Below are positions 28,770-38,615 of a stretch of 64,000 nucleotides of DNA, piece after piece (within the stretch, counting starts at the first letter, position 1; the number at the start of each line of letters is the position of its first letter). The notes under the pieces were generated by a model. The model did not search any database, was not told the DNA's origin, and worked only from the letters and a program-made list of their open reading frames with translations. Both the position numbers and the translations under genes were made by a program. Source of the stretch: Eubacteriales bacterium (lineage in GTDB: Bacteria > Bacillota > Clostridia > Oscillospirales > CAG-272); the NCBI GenBank assembly GCA_045593725.1, contig JAZNXE010000028.1, positions 10,694 to 74,693 on the forward strand, read 5' to 3'.

Positions 28770-30539
28770 ATGGTTGAAGGAAAAATACTTAAGGTTTCCG
28801 GACCTTTGGTCATAGCGCAGGGAATGCGTGAGGCGAATATGTTTGACGTGGTAAGAGTAGGCGATAAGCGGCTTATCGGCGAAATTATCGAGATGCACGG
28901 AGATAAGGCGTCTATACAGGTTTACGAGGAAACGGCAGGACTTGGAAGAGGAGATAAGGTGGTATCCACGGGTGCGCCCCTTTCGGTAGAGCTGGGTCCC
29001 GGTTTGCTTACTAATATTTACGACGGAATACAAAGACCCCTTGAGGCTATGCGTGCGCGTTGCGGCTCTAATATAACCAAGGGAATAGACGAGCCTGCTC
29101 TGGACAGACAGAGGCTGTGGCATTTTGAGGCGCAGAGGGAGTTTGGCGACAGAGTAAAGGCCGGTGACGTTCTCGGTGTGGTTCAGGAGACCGAGGTGAT
29201 TACGCACAAGATAATGGTTCCTCCCGGAAAGGACGGAACGGTGGTAGAGCTTCGCACGGGAGATTTTAAAATAACAGACCGCATAGGAAAGATAAAGTAT
29301 GACGACGGCACTATGGAGGATATCTCCCTTATGCAGAAGTGGCCTGTCCGTGTATCTCGTCCTTATGCTCAAAAGCTTCCTCCCGTTGAGCCTATGATAT
29401 CGGGACAGAGAGTTATAGACGCCCTTTTCCCCATAGCCAAGGGCGGAACTGCTTGCGTCCCCGGTCCCTTCGGCTCGGGAAAGACCGTGGTGCAGCATCA
29501 GCTTGCGAAGTGGAGTGACGTTGATATCGTGGTATATATCGGATGCGGAGAGCGCGGAAACGAGATGACCGACGTTCTTCGTGAATTCCCCGAGCTTACC
29601 GACCCCCGCACGGGAAGGTCGCTTATGGAGCGTACCGTTCTTATCGCGAATACCTCCGATATGCCGGTTGCGGCGCGTGAGGCTTCTATATATACGGGTA
29701 TCACCATAGCAGAGTATTACCGCGATATGGGCTACTCGGTAGCGGTTATCGCAGACTCTACCTCCCGTTGGGCAGAGGCTCTGCGCGAGATGTCGGGTCG
29801 CCTTGAGGAAATGCCGGGTGAGGAGGGTTATCCCGCATATCTTACCAGCCGTTTGGCTCAGTTCTATGAGAGAGCGGGTAAGGTAGTATGCCTTGGCTCT
29901 GATGCAAGACAGGGTGCGCTTTCGGCAATCGGTGCGGTATCTCCTCAGGGTGGAGATATATCCGAGCCTGTTACTCAGGCTACTCTTCGTATAGTAAAGG
30001 TGTTCTGGGGTCTTGATGCGTCCTTGGCTTACAGAAGACATTTTCCCGCTATAAACTGGCTTAACTCCTACTCGCTCTACCGCGACAGGCTGAGCGATTG
30101 GTTCGGCGAGAAGGTTTCTAAATCCTGGATGAAGAACACGGGTAGATTGCTCAAAATCCTTCAGGAGGAGAACGACCTTCAGGAGATAGTTAAGCTTGTT
30201 GGTATGGACGCCCTTTCGGCGGAGGACAGAATGACTCTGGAGCTTGCTCAGTCGATACGCGAGGACTTCTTGCAGCAGAGCGCCTTTGACGATAATGACA
30301 GCTATACCGAGCTTGAAAAGCAGGCGGCTCTCATTGAGCTTATATTCTCCTACGGAGATAAGGCGAGCAAGGCGGTAGCCGACGGGGCGGATATAGACAA
30401 GATATCCACTCTTCCCGTAAGAGAGAGGATAGGACGCGCGAAATCCGTGCCCTTTGCTGATTATAAGAGAGTTTATAAAGAGATAGACGAACAGCTTTCA
30501 AGAGAGCTTGACGCTCTTGTAGCAGATGCTAACGCTTGA
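28770..30539 (+). CDS. ntpA: V/A-type ATPase catalytic subunit A
   Basis: 589 aa. Walker [10 protein letters not shown], ...[10 protein letters not shown]..., and the non-homologous insert typical of A subunits. Confidence 0.92.
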   Translation: MVEGKILKVSGPLVIAQGMREANMFDVVRVGDKRLIGEIIEMHGDKASIQVYEETAGLGRGDKVVSTGAPLSVELGPGLLTNIYDGIQRPLEAMRARCGSNITKGIDEPALDRQRLWHFEAQREFGDRVKAGDVLGVVQETEVITHKIMVPPGKDGTVVELRTGDFKITDRIGKIKYDDGTMEDISLMQKWPVRVSRPYAQKLPPVEPMISGQRVIDALFPIAKGGTACVPGPFGSGKTVVQHQLAKWSDVDIVVYIGCGERGNEMTDVLREFPELTDPRTGRSLMERTVLIANTSDMPVAAREASIYTGITIAEYYRDMGYSVAVIADSTSRWAEALREMSGRLEEMPGEEGYPAYLTSRLAQFYERAGKVVCLGSDARQGALSAIGAVSPQGGDISEPVTQATLRIVKVFWGLDASLAYRRHFPAINWLNSYSLYRDRLSDWFGEKVSKSWMKNTGRLLKILQEENDLQEIVKLVGMDALSAEDRMTLELAQSIREDFLQQSAFDDNDSYTELEKQAALIELIFSYGDKASKAVADGADIDKISTLPVRERIGRAKSVPFADYKRVYKEIDEQLSRELDALVADANA

Positions 30540-30557
30540 TAAAGGAGGAGCTGCAAA

Positions 30558-31931
30558 ATGATTAGAGAATACAGAACCATAGAAGAAGTAGCAGGTCCTC
30601 TGATGCTTGTAAAGCAGGTGGAGGGCGTTAAATACGACGAGCTTGGGGAGATAGAGCTTCCCAACGGTGACGTTCGCCGTTGCAGAGTTCTTGAGGTTAA
30701 TGGCAGGGACGTGCTGGTACAGCTCTTTGAGTCCAGCGCGGGACTTAATCTTGCTAACAGCAAGGTGAGATTTACGGGACACGGCGTTGAGCTCCCCGTA
30801 TCTCAGAATATGCTGGGACGTGTATTTAACGGAATGGGTGAGTCTATCGATGACGGCGCGAAGCTCATACCCGAAAAATCACTTGATATTAACGGAACGC
30901 CTATAAATCCCGCAGCGAGATATTACCCCTCTGAGTTTATTCAGACTGGCGTATCCACCATAGACGGACTTAATACTCTGGTAAGAGGACAGAAGCTTCC
31001 TATATTCTCAGGCTCGGGTCTGCCCCACGCAAACCTCGCGGCTCAGATAGCAAGACAGGCAAAGGTTCGTAACTCCGACTCTAAGTTTGCCGTGGTTTTC
31101 GCTGCTATCGGTATCACCTTTGAGGAGGCGGATTTCTTTATCTCCGACTTCAAAAAGACGGGGGCTATCGACCGTACGGTGCTGTTTATAAATCTGGCAT
31201 CCGACCCTGCCATAGAGAGAATTTCCACTCCCCGTATGGCACTGACGGCGGCTGAATATTTAGCATTTGAGTGCGATATGCACGTTCTTGTAATAATGAC
31301 CGATATCACCAACTACGCTGAGGCACTGCGTGAGGTGTCTGCCGCCCGTAAGGAGGTTCCCGGACGCCGTGGATATCCCGGATATCTCTACACCGACCTT
31401 GCTACAATGTATGAGAGAGCGGGAAGAAAGATGGGCTCGGAAGGCTCTATCACGATGATACCTATACTCACTATGCCCGAGGACGATAAGACCCACCCCA
31501 TTCCCGACCTTACGGGATACATTACCGAGGGACAGATAATTCTTTCCCGTGAAATGTACAGAAAGGGATATATGCCTCCCGTTGACGTGCTTCCCTCACT
31601 GTCAAGACTTAAGGATAAGGGAATAGGCGACGGCAAGACACGTGAGGACCACGCGGGCACGATGAACCAGCTCTTCTCAAGCTACGCGAGAGGTAAAGAG
31701 GCTAAGGAGCTTATGGTGGTGCTGGGTGAGGCGGCGCTTACTCCTATGGACAGACTGTACGCTAAGTTTGCCGACGAGTTTGAGGCAAGATATATCAATC
31801 AGGGCTTCTACGAGAACAGAAGCATTGAACAGACCCTTGACCTCGGCTGGGAGCTTTTGGCGATACTTCCAAAGAGCGAGATGAAGCGTATCAAGCCCGA
31901 ATTTGTTGAGAAGTACTGGAAGGGCAACTGA
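30558..31931 (+). CDS. ntpB: V/A-type ATPase subunit B
   Basis: 457 aa. [17 protein letters not shown]-terminus, ...[15 protein letters not shown]..., [14 protein letters not shown]. Confidence 0.92.
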   Translation: MIREYRTIEEVAGPLMLVKQVEGVKYDELGEIELPNGDVRRCRVLEVNGRDVLVQLFESSAGLNLANSKVRFTGHGVELPVSQNMLGRVFNGMGESIDDGAKLIPEKSLDINGTPINPAARYYPSEFIQTGVSTIDGLNTLVRGQKLPIFSGSGLPHANLAAQIARQAKVRNSDSKFAVVFAAIGITFEEADFFISDFKKTGAIDRTVLFINLASDPAIERISTPRMALTAAEYLAFECDMHVLVIMTDITNYAEALREVSAARKEVPGRRGYPGYLYTDLATMYERAGRKMGSEGSITMIPILTMPEDDKTHPIPDLTGYITEGQIILSREMYRKGYMPPVDVLPSLSRLKDKGIGDGKTREDHAGTMNQLFSSYARGKEAKELMVVLGEAALTPMDRLYAKFADEFEARYINQGFYENRSIEQTLDLGWELLAILPKSEMKRIKPEFVEKYWKGN

Positions 31932-31962
31932 TAGGCACAAATAAACGAAAGGTCAGAAGGAC

Positions 31963-32634
31963 ATGGCAGAGATAAGAGTAAATCCTACCCGAATGGAGAT
32001 GAAAAAGCTTCAGGGAAGATATACTACGGCGCGCCGCGGGCATAAGCTCCTCAAGGACAAGAGAGATGAGCTGATGAAGCAGTTTCTTGAGGTAGTCCGA
32101 GAGGACAAGGCACTGTGTGAGCGGGTAGAGGACGCTTTGGAGAAATATTATCGGGGATTTTCGGTGGCAAGCGCCTCGTCAAACCCGAGGATGATAGAGG
32201 AAGCTCTCATATCCCCCAAAAAAGAGTGTGGGGTTGAGGTTTCTTATAAAAATATGATGAGCGTCACAGTGCCAGAATTCGGGCTTGCGGCATCGGGAGA
32301 GGCTACAGCGGAGAGCTTTAATTACGGTTTGGCTTTCACCTCGGGTGAGCTTGACGTATCTCTACGTGAGCTTAATGGAATACTCGGTGACCTTCTGCGT
32401 ATGGCGGAGCTTGAAAAGAAGGCTCAGCTTCTCGCAGAGGAGATAGAGAAAACACGACGCCGCGTAAACGCGCTGGAGTATATTATGATGCCTCAATATC
32501 TTAAGGCTATTAAGTCTATTAAGATGAAGCTTGACGAAAACGAGCGTGGAAATACCACAAGGCTTATGAAGGTAAAGGATATGATGCTTAAGGCTCAAAG
32601 GCAGACCTCAAAGCCTGAGGATGATGAGGAATAA
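31963..32634 (+). CDS. ntpD: V/A-type ATPase subunit D
   Basis: 223 aa. NPTRMEMKKLQGRYTTARRGHKLLKDKRDEL N-terminus typical of the central-stalk D subunit. Confidence 0.88.
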   Translation: MAEIRVNPTRMEMKKLQGRYTTARRGHKLLKDKRDELMKQFLEVVREDKALCERVEDALEKYYRGFSVASASSNPRMIEEALISPKKECGVEVSYKNMMSVTVPEFGLAASGEATAESFNYGLAFTSGELDVSLRELNGILGDLLRMAELEKKAQLLAEEIEKTRRRVNALEYIMMPQYLKAIKSIKMKLDENERGNTTRLMKVKDMMLKAQRQTSKPEDDEE

Positions 32635-32644
32635 ACGAAGACAT

Positions 32645-32676
32645 AAAAAATCCGACAGGTGACTGTCGGATTTTTT
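32645..32676 (+). terminator. rho-independent terminator of the V-ATPase operon
   Basis: ATCCGACAG-GTGA-CTGTCGGAT followed by TTTTTT. Confidence 0.85.
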
Positions 32677-32685
32677 ATGTCAGGT

Positions 32686-32717
32686 AAAACAAAAGGGAAC
32701 ATCCCACGGATGTTCCC
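32686..32717 (-). terminator. rho-independent terminator after rplL
   Basis: GGGAACATCC-GTG-GGATGTTCCC on the minus strand, followed by TTTTGTTTT. Confidence 0.8.
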
Positions 32718-32744
32718 TTTATGTCTGCCTTAAGTAGAGTTAAA

Positions 32745-33122
32745 TTACTTAACCTCAACCTCAGCGCCAGCCTCTTCAAGAGCCTTCTTAACAGACTCAG
32801 CCTCGTCCTTAGCAACGCCTTCCTTGATTGTCTTAGGAGCGCTCTCAACGAGATCCTTTGCGTCCTTAAGTCCAAGACCTGTAAGCTCACGAACTACCTT
32901 GATAACGTTGAGCTTGCTTGCGCCTGCTGCCTTAAGAACTACGTCAAACTCGGTCTTCTCCTCAGCTGCTGCTGCGGGAGCTGCGCCTGCTGCAACTACG
33001 CCTACGGGAGCTGCTGCGGATACGCCAAATTCCTCCTCAACTGCCTTTACGAGGTCAGCGAGCTCAATAATAGTGAGAGACTTTATCTCTTCAAGAATGT
33101 TTGTAATCTTTTCGGATGCCAT
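32745..33122 (-). CDS. rplL: 50S ribosomal protein L7/L12
   Basis: [34 protein letters not shown]..., an Ala-rich hinge, and C-terminus ...[22 protein letters not shown]. Confidence 0.95.
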   Translation of the reverse strand: MASEKITNILEEIKSLTIIELADLVKAVEEEFGVSAAAPVGVVAAGAAPAAAAEEKTEFDVVLKAAGASKLNVIKVVRELTGLGLKDAKDLVESAPKTIKEGVAKDEAESVKKALEEAGAEVEVK

Positions 33123-33217
33123 TTTTGTATTCCTCCTTAAATGGAATTAAATTAAATTTTTTTTGTTTGCGTTCTTACGCTGAAATTATGATACCTTTCG
33201 GTACAGTGTTGCAGGGC

Positions 33218-33763
33218 TTAAGCCTCTGCGGGAGCTTCTGCTGCTTCTTCTGTTGCAGCGGGAGCTGCTTCGCCGTCCTTGTCCACCACTGCCTGGAGAG
33301 CATATGCGAGACCGTAGAGAGGACTCTTGATGCTTCCGAGAAGCTTTGCAATGAGAACTTCCTTGGAAGGAATGTCAGCGAGGGTGTTAACGGTATTTGC
33401 GTCAACAACTGCGCCGTCAAGGTAACCTGCGAGTATCTGGAAGGACTCAACCTTCTCCGCATATTCCTTGAGAACCTTCGCGGGAGCAACGGGGTCTGTT
33501 GTTCCGATAGCGATAGCTGTCATACCCGTAAGGTACTGCTTCATATCGCCAAGTCCGACTTCATCACAAGCTCTGCCGGTGAGAGAATTCTTCATTACCA
33601 TGTACTTAACGCCTGCTTCGCGAAGAGCCTTACGCATCTTTGTATCAGCGTCAACGGTGATACCCTGATAGTTAACTACAACGCCTGCGGGAGAATTCTT
33701 GAGCTGCTCGGCAAGGTCTGCAACAATAGCCTGCTTTTGTTCGAGAATGGATTTGCTGGGCAT
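33218..33763 (-). CDS. rplJ: 50S ribosomal protein L10
   Basis: MPSKSILEQKQAIVADLAEQLKNSPAGVVVNYQGITV... Start ATG 33763 behind AGGAGG; track start 33832 would run through the leader. Confidence 0.92.
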   Translation of the reverse strand: MPSKSILEQKQAIVADLAEQLKNSPAGVVVNYQGITVDADTKMRKALREAGVKYMVMKNSLTGRACDEVGLGDMKQYLTGMTAIAIGTTDPVAPAKVLKEYAEKVESFQILAGYLDGAVVDANTVNTLADIPSKEVLIAKLLGSIKSPLYGLAYALQAVVDKDGEAAPAATEEAAEAPAEA

Positions 33764-33926
33764 TTGTTTTACCTCCTGTTGAGAATAGCTGACAGCGGAA
33801 ATAAAAAACTTCCTTCCGAAAGGGCGCAGCACCCCGAGGAAGAAAGATTACGAAAAAATATACGTTCTTTTTTCTCCTCGGCAGGAAAGCTTGCGCCTTT
33901 ACGGGAACCTGCTGTCTTTGGATAAC
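33764..33926 (-). promoter_or_regulatory. rplJ 5' leader, candidate L10-type autoregulatory leader with attenuator hairpin
   Basis: ~160-nt untranslated leader between a strong promoter and rplJ. Contains CCGAGGAG.../...CTTCCTCGG pairing and CTTCC...GGAAGGAAG followed by TTTTTT on the minus strand. Position matches known Firmicute L10 leaders. Confidence 0.5.
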
Positions 33927-33932
33927 GGATAT

Positions 33933-33960
33933 ATTATACCACAAAAAAGAAGTTTGTCAA
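33933..33960 (-). promoter_or_regulatory. sigma-A promoter of rplJ-rplL
   Basis: On the minus strand: TTGACA (33960-33955), 16-nt spacer, TATAAT (33938-33933). Confidence 0.65.
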
Positions 33961-33993
33961 TAGTTTTTTTGAAAATAAATAAATTTTTTATTT

Positions 33994-34542
33994 TTACTTG
34001 TCCGTAGGGTTGTTTTTCAGAACCCGTTGAGCGAACTCCACAAGTCTTTCGCGAAGCCAAAGAGGTTCTATTACCTTTATATCAGCTCCCGTGGACATAA
34101 TTATTCCTATAAAAAGCTCAACGCTGGGGAACTCACAGCGATAGCGGTGGTGCGGTTCATCGGAAACTATGAAGCCGCGGAGATTGAGAACGGTAATTCT
34201 GTCCTTTATTTCCAGTATGGCGGTATAGGGGAGCTGAAGCTGCATAACGGCGCGCTCGGCGTTCTGGGTGTCAAAATTGCGCATACCTCTCCACACGTCG
34301 TGGATATCCATATCATTTTCTGTTTCAAGAACCAGTGGAATCGAGTATTTTTCAGTATAGTAATAGCCCTTATGGAGGGGGGAATAGCGCATAGGCGCGC
34401 CAAGCTCTCGGCGCATATAATCCACGTCCCTTTGCGCCTGACGGGGAGATATGGAAAACTTGTCGGCCAGATGAGCGGCGTTGGGATAGCAATTCTCGGA
34501 TATCATTTTATGAAGCCACTGTATGCGGTCGTTAGCGCTCAT
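33994..34542 (-). CDS. HTH transcriptional regulator, YafY/WYL-family-like (short form)
   Basis: N-terminal winged HTH string (LADKFSISPRQAQRDVDYMRRELGAP) and a C-terminal IKVIEPLWLRERL string reminiscent of the WCX end of YafY-type regulators. RBS GAGGAG. Confidence 0.55.
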   Translation of the reverse strand: MSANDRIQWLHKMISENCYPNAAHLADKFSISPRQAQRDVDYMRRELGAPMRYSPLHKGYYYTEKYSIPLVLETENDMDIHDVWRGMRNFDTQNAERAVMQLQLPYTAILEIKDRITVLNLRGFIVSDEPHHRYRCEFPSVELFIGIIMSTGADIKVIEPLWLRERLVEFAQRVLKNNPTDK

Positions 34543-34564
34543 ATCCTATCTCCTCTCTAAAGAT

Positions 34565-35446
34565 TTATTCTTGGTCTGCGGAGCTTTCTTCATTGGAAAA
34601 GCCGTTGGCTTCCGCCTTATCCTGCTCCATAAGAAGGATTACCGCTCTTGTCACGGCGTAAATCAGGACACCGAGAAGCACAAGCTCGGTTACTTTTATG
34701 GAATTATCCTCATAAGCTCCACACAGCTTTCCTATTATGGAAGGCAGGGTAGCAGAGAAAAGCGTGAGGATGGACACCGAGAGATAGCAGTAATAGCTCC
34801 TTTCCTTTGCCATTTTGCACATAGCGCGAAGCTCACCCACAGTGAGGAGAGCAGCGCCCACGTAGCCGAAATGGAGAAAGAGCTTGTCTGGGGAATTCAT
34901 AGGCACTAAAAAGTCGGTGTAAGACTCCATCCAAGCCAGAGCAATCCAAAGAATAAAGCCGACTCCGCACAGCACCGTGAAATTGCTTGTCTTCTTTGAT
35001 ATTACTAAGGAAATGAAGAATATAGCCGAAATTACGGTGGCGAAGAGCGCAAGCATCAGGTAAAAGACTTCAAGGGCGGCAGAGGTTGCCTGCTTTGAGG
35101 ACGCATACGTACCCGCTGTCTTTATTGCGTCGGGTATGGGCGCCGCGGCGAAAAATATCTGGCAGACAAGCATAAGGGCGGGTACAGCCGCAGTGTAACG
35201 CGCCCCAGCGCTTGGCTCACATACCTGCTCGTCCTTACATAGGATAAGGAAGGGAAGAAGTATAAAGCCTATGGCGGCAAGGGCGAAAAAGACGTTAGAT
35301 ATTATTGGAAGTATAGCTCCCGATGAATAATAGGATATCTCCTTGTCGTAGGCAAAGAGCACGCTCATAAGTCGAAGGACCGCGCCCAGTAGTCCCCCTG
35401 TTAAAGATAAAATTAAAATTATACTGCGTTTGTTAGAAGAGTTCAT
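34565..35446 (-). CDS. hypothetical polytopic membrane protein
   Basis: 293 aa with about 8 hydrophobic segments and an acidic C-terminal tail. No family recognised. 22 nt upstream of the regulator gene. Confidence 0.6.
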   Translation of the reverse strand: MNSSNKRSIILILSLTGGLLGAVLRLMSVLFAYDKEISYYSSGAILPIISNVFFALAAIGFILLPFLILCKDEQVCEPSAGARYTAAVPALMLVCQIFFAAAPIPDAIKTAGTYASSKQATSAALEVFYLMLALFATVISAIFFISLVISKKTSNFTVLCGVGFILWIALAWMESYTDFLVPMNSPDKLFLHFGYVGAALLTVGELRAMCKMAKERSYYCYLSVSILTLFSATLPSIIGKLCGAYEDNSIKVTELVLLGVLIYAVTRAVILLMEQDKAEANGFSNEESSADQE

Positions 35447-35519
35447 AGAAAGACTCCATATAAAAATATATATATCCTATTATATACCGAATTTTTGAAC
35501 GTGGTGTAAACAAAATAAA

Positions 35520-35582
35520 AAAAGTAAAAATAAGAGAGGTTGCTTCATTTGTTACACGGCTTGTTAATGAAGCAGCCTCTCT
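35520..35582 (-). terminator. rho-independent terminator after clpC
   Basis: 15-bp stem AGAGAGGCTGCTTCA / TGAAGCAACCTCTCT (one G-U pair) on the minus strand, followed by TATTTTTACTTTTTTT. Confidence 0.8.
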
Positions 35583-35585
35583 GTT

Positions 35586-37994
35586 TTATTCAAAGGAGAA
35601 GTCTATATTTTGTTCCTTGACGCTTATTTTTATGGGGCTGTGCCTGAGGTGCGGAAAATCCACTATGCGCTGCGACAGGGGAGTTTCTATTAAATCACGT
35701 ATTTCTCTGCGTATGGGACGCGCCCCCATATCCTTATGGCGGGAAAAGCATCTTTGGGCTATAAGCGCGGATACCTCGGGTGTGACGGTAAGCATAATGC
35801 CCGACTCCGCCGCCTGCGCCTGCAGACGGTCGAGCAGCAGACCGCTTATTCTGCAAAGCTCGTTTTCGCCAAGCTCGGAAAAGAGTATTATCTCGTCTAT
35901 CCTGCCTAAGAATTCGGGCTTAAAAAATTCCTTAAGCTTTTTGTGAGAGCGGAGGTCGCCGCTTTGTGGGGATGCGCTCTCAGAGAAGCCCAGAACGGCG
36001 CTTTTGCGTTCCCGAGATGTGATGAGATTAGAGGTCATTATTATGACCGTGCTTGTAAAGTCGGTCACTCTTCCCGAGGAATCGGTGAGAACCCCGTCCT
36101 CAAGTATCTGGAGCAGAACGTGGAATACGTCGGGGTGGGCTTTTTCTATCTCATCAAGCAGTATTACCGAATAAGGGCGTCTGCGTACCTTTTCGGTAAG
36201 GATACCGCCCTCGCCGTAGCCTACGTATCCGGGGGGCGCGCCTATAAGCTTTGATACGCTATGCTTCTCCATATATTCCGACATATCCAGCCTGATAAGA
36301 GCATCCTTTTTGTCAAACAGCACCTTTGCCAAGGCTCGGCACAGCTCGGTCTTTCCCACTCCCGAGCTGCCCAAAAATAGGAACGAGCCTGTGGGACGGC
36401 GCGGGTCGCATATTCCGCTCCTTCCTCTGCGGATAGCGCCTGCCACGGCGCTTACGGCGGCATCCTGACCTATTATATATTCCGACAGAGCTTCTTCTAT
36501 GCGTGAAAGCCTACCGTCATCCGAATCGCTTATGCTTTGCGTAGGAATGCCCGTTTGCTCACTGACCACAGCGGCTATATGCTCGGCGGTGAGGGTGGGG
36601 CAGGTGGGGAGCACCCGCTCTAAGGTAATGACGGGAGAGCTTGTCATAAGAGAATGCTCCTGTGCCGATATCCTTGAGGCTTCGTCGAAATCTCCTCTTT
36701 TTACAGCTTCCTCCTTTCTGCGCTCCGAGGAATCACAGAGGTCGGGGACAGAGGCGCAAAGTGTGGAGAGCCTGAGCCTTGCCGCCGCTTCGTCTATAAG
36801 GTCTATTGCCTTATCGGGAAGAAATCTGTCGTGTATATAGCGCACCGATAATCTTACAGCTTCCTGTATAGCGCTGTCGCTTATCTGTATATTGTGATGC
36901 CTTTCGTATCTGTCCTTAAGACCGGAGAGTATCGTTATGGCTTCTTCCTGAGAGGGTTCCTCCAGCCTTATGGGCTGGAAGCGCCGCTCAAGGGCGCTGT
37001 CCTTTTCTATGTGGGAGCGATATTCCGCGGGAGTGGTAGCGCCTATCATCCGTATCTCTCCCCGTGATAGGGCGGGCTTGAGGATATTGGATGCGTCGAT
37101 AGCTCCCTCCGCCGCTCCCGCGCCAACCATAATGTGCATTTCGTCAACGAAAAGGATGACAGAGGGATCTGCCTTAACCTCCTCTATAACACCCTTTATT
37201 CTGTCCTCAAATTCTCCTCTGAATTTAGCTCCGGCTATCATAGAGGATATGTCAAGGGTTATTATCCTTTTGTCCGACAGCTCCGCGGGGACGTTCCCTG
37301 TGACGATACGCTGAGCCAGACCCTCCACTACCGCGGTTTTGCCAACCCCCGGTTCGCCTATAAGGCAGGGATTGTTCTTTGTTCTGCGGCAGAGTATGCG
37401 TATAAGCCGCTCGCTTTCGGTATCACGGCAGAGCACAGGGTCGGTCTTTCCGTCGCGGGCAAGCTCGGTAAGGTCTTTTCCGTATGACAGAAGAACACTT
37501 TTCTTGCCCTTTTTTGCCTGTTCGTCCGCACGGACCGAGCTTTCCTTGACACGTGAGGGGGTACTGCCAAGATACGCCGAAAGGTCTGCCTTTAATTCTG
37601 ATATGGATATACCGCTCATCTCCAGTAGGCGGAAAGCCACGCAATCGCGGCGGTTCAGCAGAGCTATGAGCAAATGCTCAGTACCGACGTATCTTATTCC
37701 GTTCTTTTCCGCTTCCTTGGCTGCGTTCTCGATTATCAAGTGCAGCCGCGGTGTCATATCCTTTGAGCCTATGTCGCTTTGTGAGCCGATCCCCATGTAG
37801 TCGCTTATGCTCTTTCTCAGCTTTGCCTCGTTTGCTCCTCTGAGGGTGAGTATGCGCGCGGCAATGCTTTCTTTTTGTTGTATAAGCCCGAGCAGAAGAT
37901 GCTCTGTGCCGATATAGCTGTGCCCAAGCTCCTCTGCCGCTTCGAGGGCAGAGGATAGAGCGTCTTGGGCCTTTTGGGTGAATTTATTAACCAT
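35586..37994 (-). CDS. clpC: ATP-dependent Clp protease ATP-binding subunit ClpC
   Basis: Double Clp_N repeat ([14 protein letters not shown] / [13 protein letters not shown]), a UVR-like linker ([17 protein letters not shown]), and two AAA+ modules ([16 protein letters not shown]). Confidence 0.9.
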   Translation of the reverse strand: MVNKFTQKAQDALSSALEAAEELGHSYIGTEHLLLGLIQQKESIAARILTLRGANEAKLRKSISDYMGIGSQSDIGSKDMTPRLHLIIENAAKEAEKNGIRYVGTEHLLIALLNRRDCVAFRLLEMSGISISELKADLSAYLGSTPSRVKESSVRADEQAKKGKKSVLLSYGKDLTELARDGKTDPVLCRDTESERLIRILCRRTKNNPCLIGEPGVGKTAVVEGLAQRIVTGNVPAELSDKRIITLDISSMIAGAKFRGEFEDRIKGVIEEVKADPSVILFVDEMHIMVGAGAAEGAIDASNILKPALSRGEIRMIGATTPAEYRSHIEKDSALERRFQPIRLEEPSQEEAITILSGLKDRYERHHNIQISDSAIQEAVRLSVRYIHDRFLPDKAIDLIDEAAARLRLSTLCASVPDLCDSSERRKEEAVKRGDFDEASRISAQEHSLMTSSPVITLERVLPTCPTLTAEHIAAVVSEQTGIPTQSISDSDDGRLSRIEEALSEYIIGQDAAVSAVAGAIRRGRSGICDPRRPTGSFLFLGSSGVGKTELCRALAKVLFDKKDALIRLDMSEYMEKHSVSKLIGAPPGYVGYGEGGILTEKVRRRPYSVILLDEIEKAHPDVFHVLLQILEDGVLTDSSGRVTDFTSTVIIMTSNLITSRERKSAVLGFSESASPQSGDLRSHKKLKEFFKPEFLGRIDEIILFSELGENELCRISGLLLDRLQAQAAESGIMLTVTPEVSALIAQRCFSRHKDMGARPIRREIRDLIETPLSQRIVDFPHLRHSPIKISVKEQNIDFSFE

Positions 37995-38075
37995 AGGAAC
38001 CTTCTTTTTTTATTTTATCTTTCTTTAAGGATTATAGACACAAGTGGGTCGTGCTTATGCTGTTATATTAAAATT

Positions 38076-38597
38076 TCAAAAAGCCGCGTAGTTAAAAAAG
38101 TCGCGAGTCATCCTGTTCCACGTCATAAGGTCAACTCTGCCGTTATCCTCAAGCCCCGAGGCGCGCTGAAATATCTTTACAGCCTCCTCCGTGGGAGGGT
38201 CAAAGATACCGCTTATTTCAATATCGGGGAAGCTGTCGTATATTACCGACAGCTCTCGCAGGATAAGCTGTATCATTATGATGAATGCGTGCTCCTCTCC
38301 CAGCGCGGCTTCATAGCTTTCCGGATTTGCGGGGAAGAAGTTAGGCGTGGGTGAGCGGTCCTGCGCTTCTGTTACTCTGAGATATTCGTTGAATATGGCA
38401 TCCCAGGTGGCTTTATCCGCTATGCCCGTATCGGGGAGCCCGCGGGTGCGCTGATAGTCGGATACTGCCTTTTGCGTGTCGGTGTCAAAAAGTCCGTCCA
38501 CGGGCGGACGAGTGATACGGCTGTCTAAAAAGGAAATAGCTCGCAGATAGCGTTGAAGATTAAGTATGGCATCCTGTAAATTAAGTGGCTGATCCAT
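38076..38597 (-). CDS. protein with two peptidoglycan-binding (PG_binding_1) repeats, no signal peptide
   Basis: Two repeats of the L..YL...........DG.F...T..AV..FQ...GL...G.....TW pattern: LQRYLRAISF...GLPDTGIADKATW and IQLILRELSV...GLEDNGRVDLMTW. Confidence 0.7.
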   Translation of the reverse strand: MDQPLNLQDAILNLQRYLRAISFLDSRITRPPVDGLFDTDTQKAVSDYQRTRGLPDTGIADKATWDAIFNEYLRVTEAQDRSPTPNFFPANPESYEAALGEEHAFIIMIQLILRELSVIYDSFPDIEISGIFDPPTEEAVKIFQRASGLEDNGRVDLMTWNRMTRDFFNYAAF

Positions 38598-38615
38598 ATA
38601 TAGCTCCTTGAAAAA

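Noticed and set aside
37995-38075. Looked for a CtsR operator upstream of clpC, and for LexA (GAAC-N4-GTTC) boxes upstream of recG (20794-20995) and the helicase gene (41041-41296).
   Set aside because: No GGTCAAA direct repeat and no GAAC-N4-GTTC palindrome is present in these regions.
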